Shown here: positions 61,235-64,000 of the stretch, one piece after another
Position numbering within the stretch: the first letter of the stretch is position 1
Layout: every line of letters starts with the position of its first letter
Source of the DNA: Malacoraja senta
Taxonomy: Eukaryota
Reading direction: 5' to 3'
NCBI GenBank assembly: GCA_038087875.1
Contig: CM075998.1
Coordinates: forward strand, 4,776,001-4,840,000
DNA: 64,000 nt
Position numbers and translations under genes: made by a program
Notes under the pieces: generated by a model
Seen by the model: only the letters and a program-made list of their open reading frames with translations
The model's database searches: none
What the model was told of the DNA's origin: nothing

Positions 61235-61870
61235 TCATAGAAACATAGAAAATAGGTGCAGGAAGAGGCCATTCGGCCCTTCGAACCAGCACCACCATTC
61301 ATTGTGATCATGGCTGATCGTCCCCAATCAGTAACCCGTGCCTGCCTTCTCCCCATATCCCTTGACTCCACTAGCCCCCTAGAGCTCTATCTAACTCTCT
61401 CTTAAATCCATCAGTGACTTGGCCTCCACTGCCCTCTGTGGCAGGGAATTCCACAAATTCACAACTCTCTGGGTGAAAACGTTTTTTCTCACCTCAGTCT
61501 TAAATGGCCTCCCCTTTATTCTAAGACTGTGGCCCCTGGTTCTGGACTCGCCCAACATTGGGAACATTTTTCCTGCATCTAGCTTGTCCAGTCCTTTTAT
61601 AATTGTATATGTTTCTATAAGATCACCCCTCATCCTTCTAAACTCCAGTGAATACAAGCCTAGTCTTTTCAATCTTTCCTCAGATGCCAGTCCCGCCATC
61701 CCAGGGATCAATCTCGTGAACCTACGCTGCACTGCCTCAATCACAAGGATGTCCTTCCTCAAATTAGGGGACCAAAACTGTACACAGTACTCCAGATGTG
61801 GTCTCACCAGAGGCCTATACAACTGCAGAAGAACCTGTCTACTCCTATACTGAAATCCTCTTGTTATGAA
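61235..61870 (-). mobile_element. CR1 3' fragment
   Basis: ORF 61391-61822. Confidence 0.9.
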
Positions 61871-62059
61871 GTCAAGAGTCTTTCCTGAAATGGAACAATG
61901 AAATTCTTACTTGCGGTAGCATAACACATATGTAAATATGTAAAGCCCAAAATAAATAATAGATAGTAGGTTAAAGGATACAGCAGTAAAACTAAGTACT
62001 GTACAGGAACGGGCCAAAGCTGATGCCAAATTTGACCAGCACATGATCCATATACGTTG

Positions 62060-62915
62060 ATCATGGGTACTGACCTCCCCACCATCGAAGGGATCTACAG
62101 GAGTCGCTGCCTCAAAGGCAGCCAGCATCATCAGAGACCCACACCACCCTGGCCACGCTCTCATTCCACCCCTGCCATCGGGAAGAAGGTACAGGAGCCT
62201 GAAAACTGTAACGTCCAGGTTCAGGAACAGCTTCTTCCCAGCGACCTTGAACACTGGGCTCTTGATCACTGCGCGGCACGGTGGCGCGGCGGTAGAGTTG
62301 CCGCCTCACGGCGCCAGAGACCCCGGGTTCCATCCTGACTACGGGTGCTGTCTGTGCGGAGTTTTACGTCCCTCCCCCCCCCCTCCCCCGTGACCTGCGT
62401 GGGTTTCCTCCGGGTGCTCCGGTTTCCTCCCACACTCCAAAGACGTACAGATTTGTAGGCTAATTGGCTTGGTGTGAATGTAAATTGTCCCTAGTGTGGA
62501 CTCGGGGGGCCGAAGGGCCTGTTTCCCTGCTGAATCTTTGCACTATTACAATCTGGTCACCTTATAATGAATGAATGAATGAATAAGTTTATTGGCCAAG
62601 TATTCACATACAAGGAATTTGCCTTGGTGCTCCGCCCATAAGTGACAACATGACATACAGTGACAGGTCGGAATGACACATAAAACATTAATAATAAAAC
62701 ATTATCGATTAAACAAGTGGATTAAATAAAATACCAGAGCAAAAGGCTACAGATATTTGGATAAAAACAGTTTTTATGTCTGGCTGTGGCAGCTTTGACA
62801 GTCCGGAGTCGCCTTCCAGAGGGAAGTGATTCAAAGAGTTTGTGGCCAGGGTGAGAGGGGTCAGAGATGATCTTGCCCGCTCGCTTCCTGGCCCTTGCAG
62901 TGTACAGTTCATCAA
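62060..62915. mobile_element. Rex1 fragments (62060-62245 +, 62570-62915 -) and a SINE (62272-62540 +)
   Basis: Family motifs as above. Confidence 0.8.
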
Positions 62916-63541
62916 CGGGGGGAATTGTATTACTGATTATTAATTGTGGATTATGATATATGTATTTGTCTGCTATTGTACTAATGGGCCTGTGAATCTG
63001 CGGCAAGTAAGAATTTCATTGTTCTATTGTCGAGACATGAGACTATTAAACACTTTTGACTCCAAGGAGAAACAAGGAACTGCAGATGCTGCAGTTTACA
63101 AAGGAAAGACAAGCATGTGCGGTGTCGCAAGTATGTTGGATACCGCACATCTTGAAGAAATGCGATTCCTCCTAATAGAAAAATCAGACCAATTCTTAAC
63201 GAGTTGGTCTCCATTTGTCGTTTTTTTTTAATCATATGGTGCAACATAATTGTAGAAACTAACTGTTCCAGGACTGGGTGGGGGATGGTCAAGATTATAA
63301 GTAATGGTCTCCTTATTCCTTTTTATTTGTATTTTTTATTCTCTTTTTCCTACTTTCTTTTCTTCAACTTTCTTCCTTCATTCTCTTTCTTTCTTTTTCA
63401 CACACTATATATCTCACGTTTTTCTATTCTTTATTATCTAATTTATTTTTCTTATTCTTCTTTATTCCATTCCATCCATCTGCTCACTATCACACTCTGC
63501 CCCCCCCTCAACCGTGTCACCCCCCATCCCAGCTGACCACA

Positions 63542-64000
63542 CGCACTGTCAACTGGGACAACCTCAGATCTCTCCAGCCTGCCCCCATCCCTCCACCCTC
63601 TCACAATGCCAACTTTGCCCTCCTCAACACCCGGTCGCTCAACAACAAAGCCCTTGCCCTCCATGAACTAATCCTTGACAACACTCTTGACTTCCTTCTG
63701 CTCACTGAAACCTGGCAACAACCCAATGTCTTCTTCTCCCTCAACCAAGCATCCCCATCTGGATTTAATTATATTTCCAAACCCCGCCCCTCCCGCCATG
63801 GAGGCGGCCTCGCTGTTATTTTCAACCAGAACTTTCCTATCGTTGAACTCCCCCTCCCCCCAGTACCATCATTTGAATTCCTTGCCTTCAAAGCCCTTTC
63901 CTCCATGACAGTCATCCTCATTTACCGGCCACCTAAACCAAACCCCTCCTTCCTATCTGATTTCACTGAATTCCTCACTCTTGTCTCATCTCTCTCCCCA
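63542..64000 (+). CDS. L2-like LINE APE endonuclease N-terminus, open to the window edge
   Basis: Manual translation RTVNWDNL..FALLNTRSLNNK..LLLTETWQ..RHGGGLAVI..LIYRPPK with no stop; C/T-rich strand typical of L2. Missing from the ORF track because it runs off the end. Confidence 0.85.

Overview
Eukaryotic, repeat-saturated vertebrate DNA, most likely from a cartilaginous fish (skate/ray/shark), inferred from abundant HE1-like V-SINEs with CR1 3' tails. It is not prokaryotic: there are no operons, CRISPR arrays or rRNA genes. Nearly all of the window is nested transposable elements. The main ones are: (i) a ~7 kb class I endogenous retrovirus-like element (4567-11564, minus strand, TG..CA ends, 4-bp TSD, PPT, decayed integrase); (ii) a structurally complete but decayed DIRS tyrosine-recombinase retrotransposon (12502-17296); (iii) a 5'-truncated L1 with a 15-bp TSD (29103-38221) carrying four later insertions, including a CR1 with an intact endonuclease-RT ORF2; (iv) many Penelope-derived fragments carrying a minimal hammerhead-ribozyme motif, often as foldbacks, plus 66-bp and 34-bp tandem arrays built from pieces of that motif; (v) PIF/Harbinger-type MITEs, a probable non-autonomous Helitron with promoter-like motifs, GC-rich non-autonomous retroposons with a covarying hairpin, and Rex1/Babar, Tx1, L2 and CR1 fragments. 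A few small minus-strand exon candidates suggest a host gene that I cannot identify. All alignments were done by eye. Boundaries of degraded fragments are approximate, and not every small fragment is listed.
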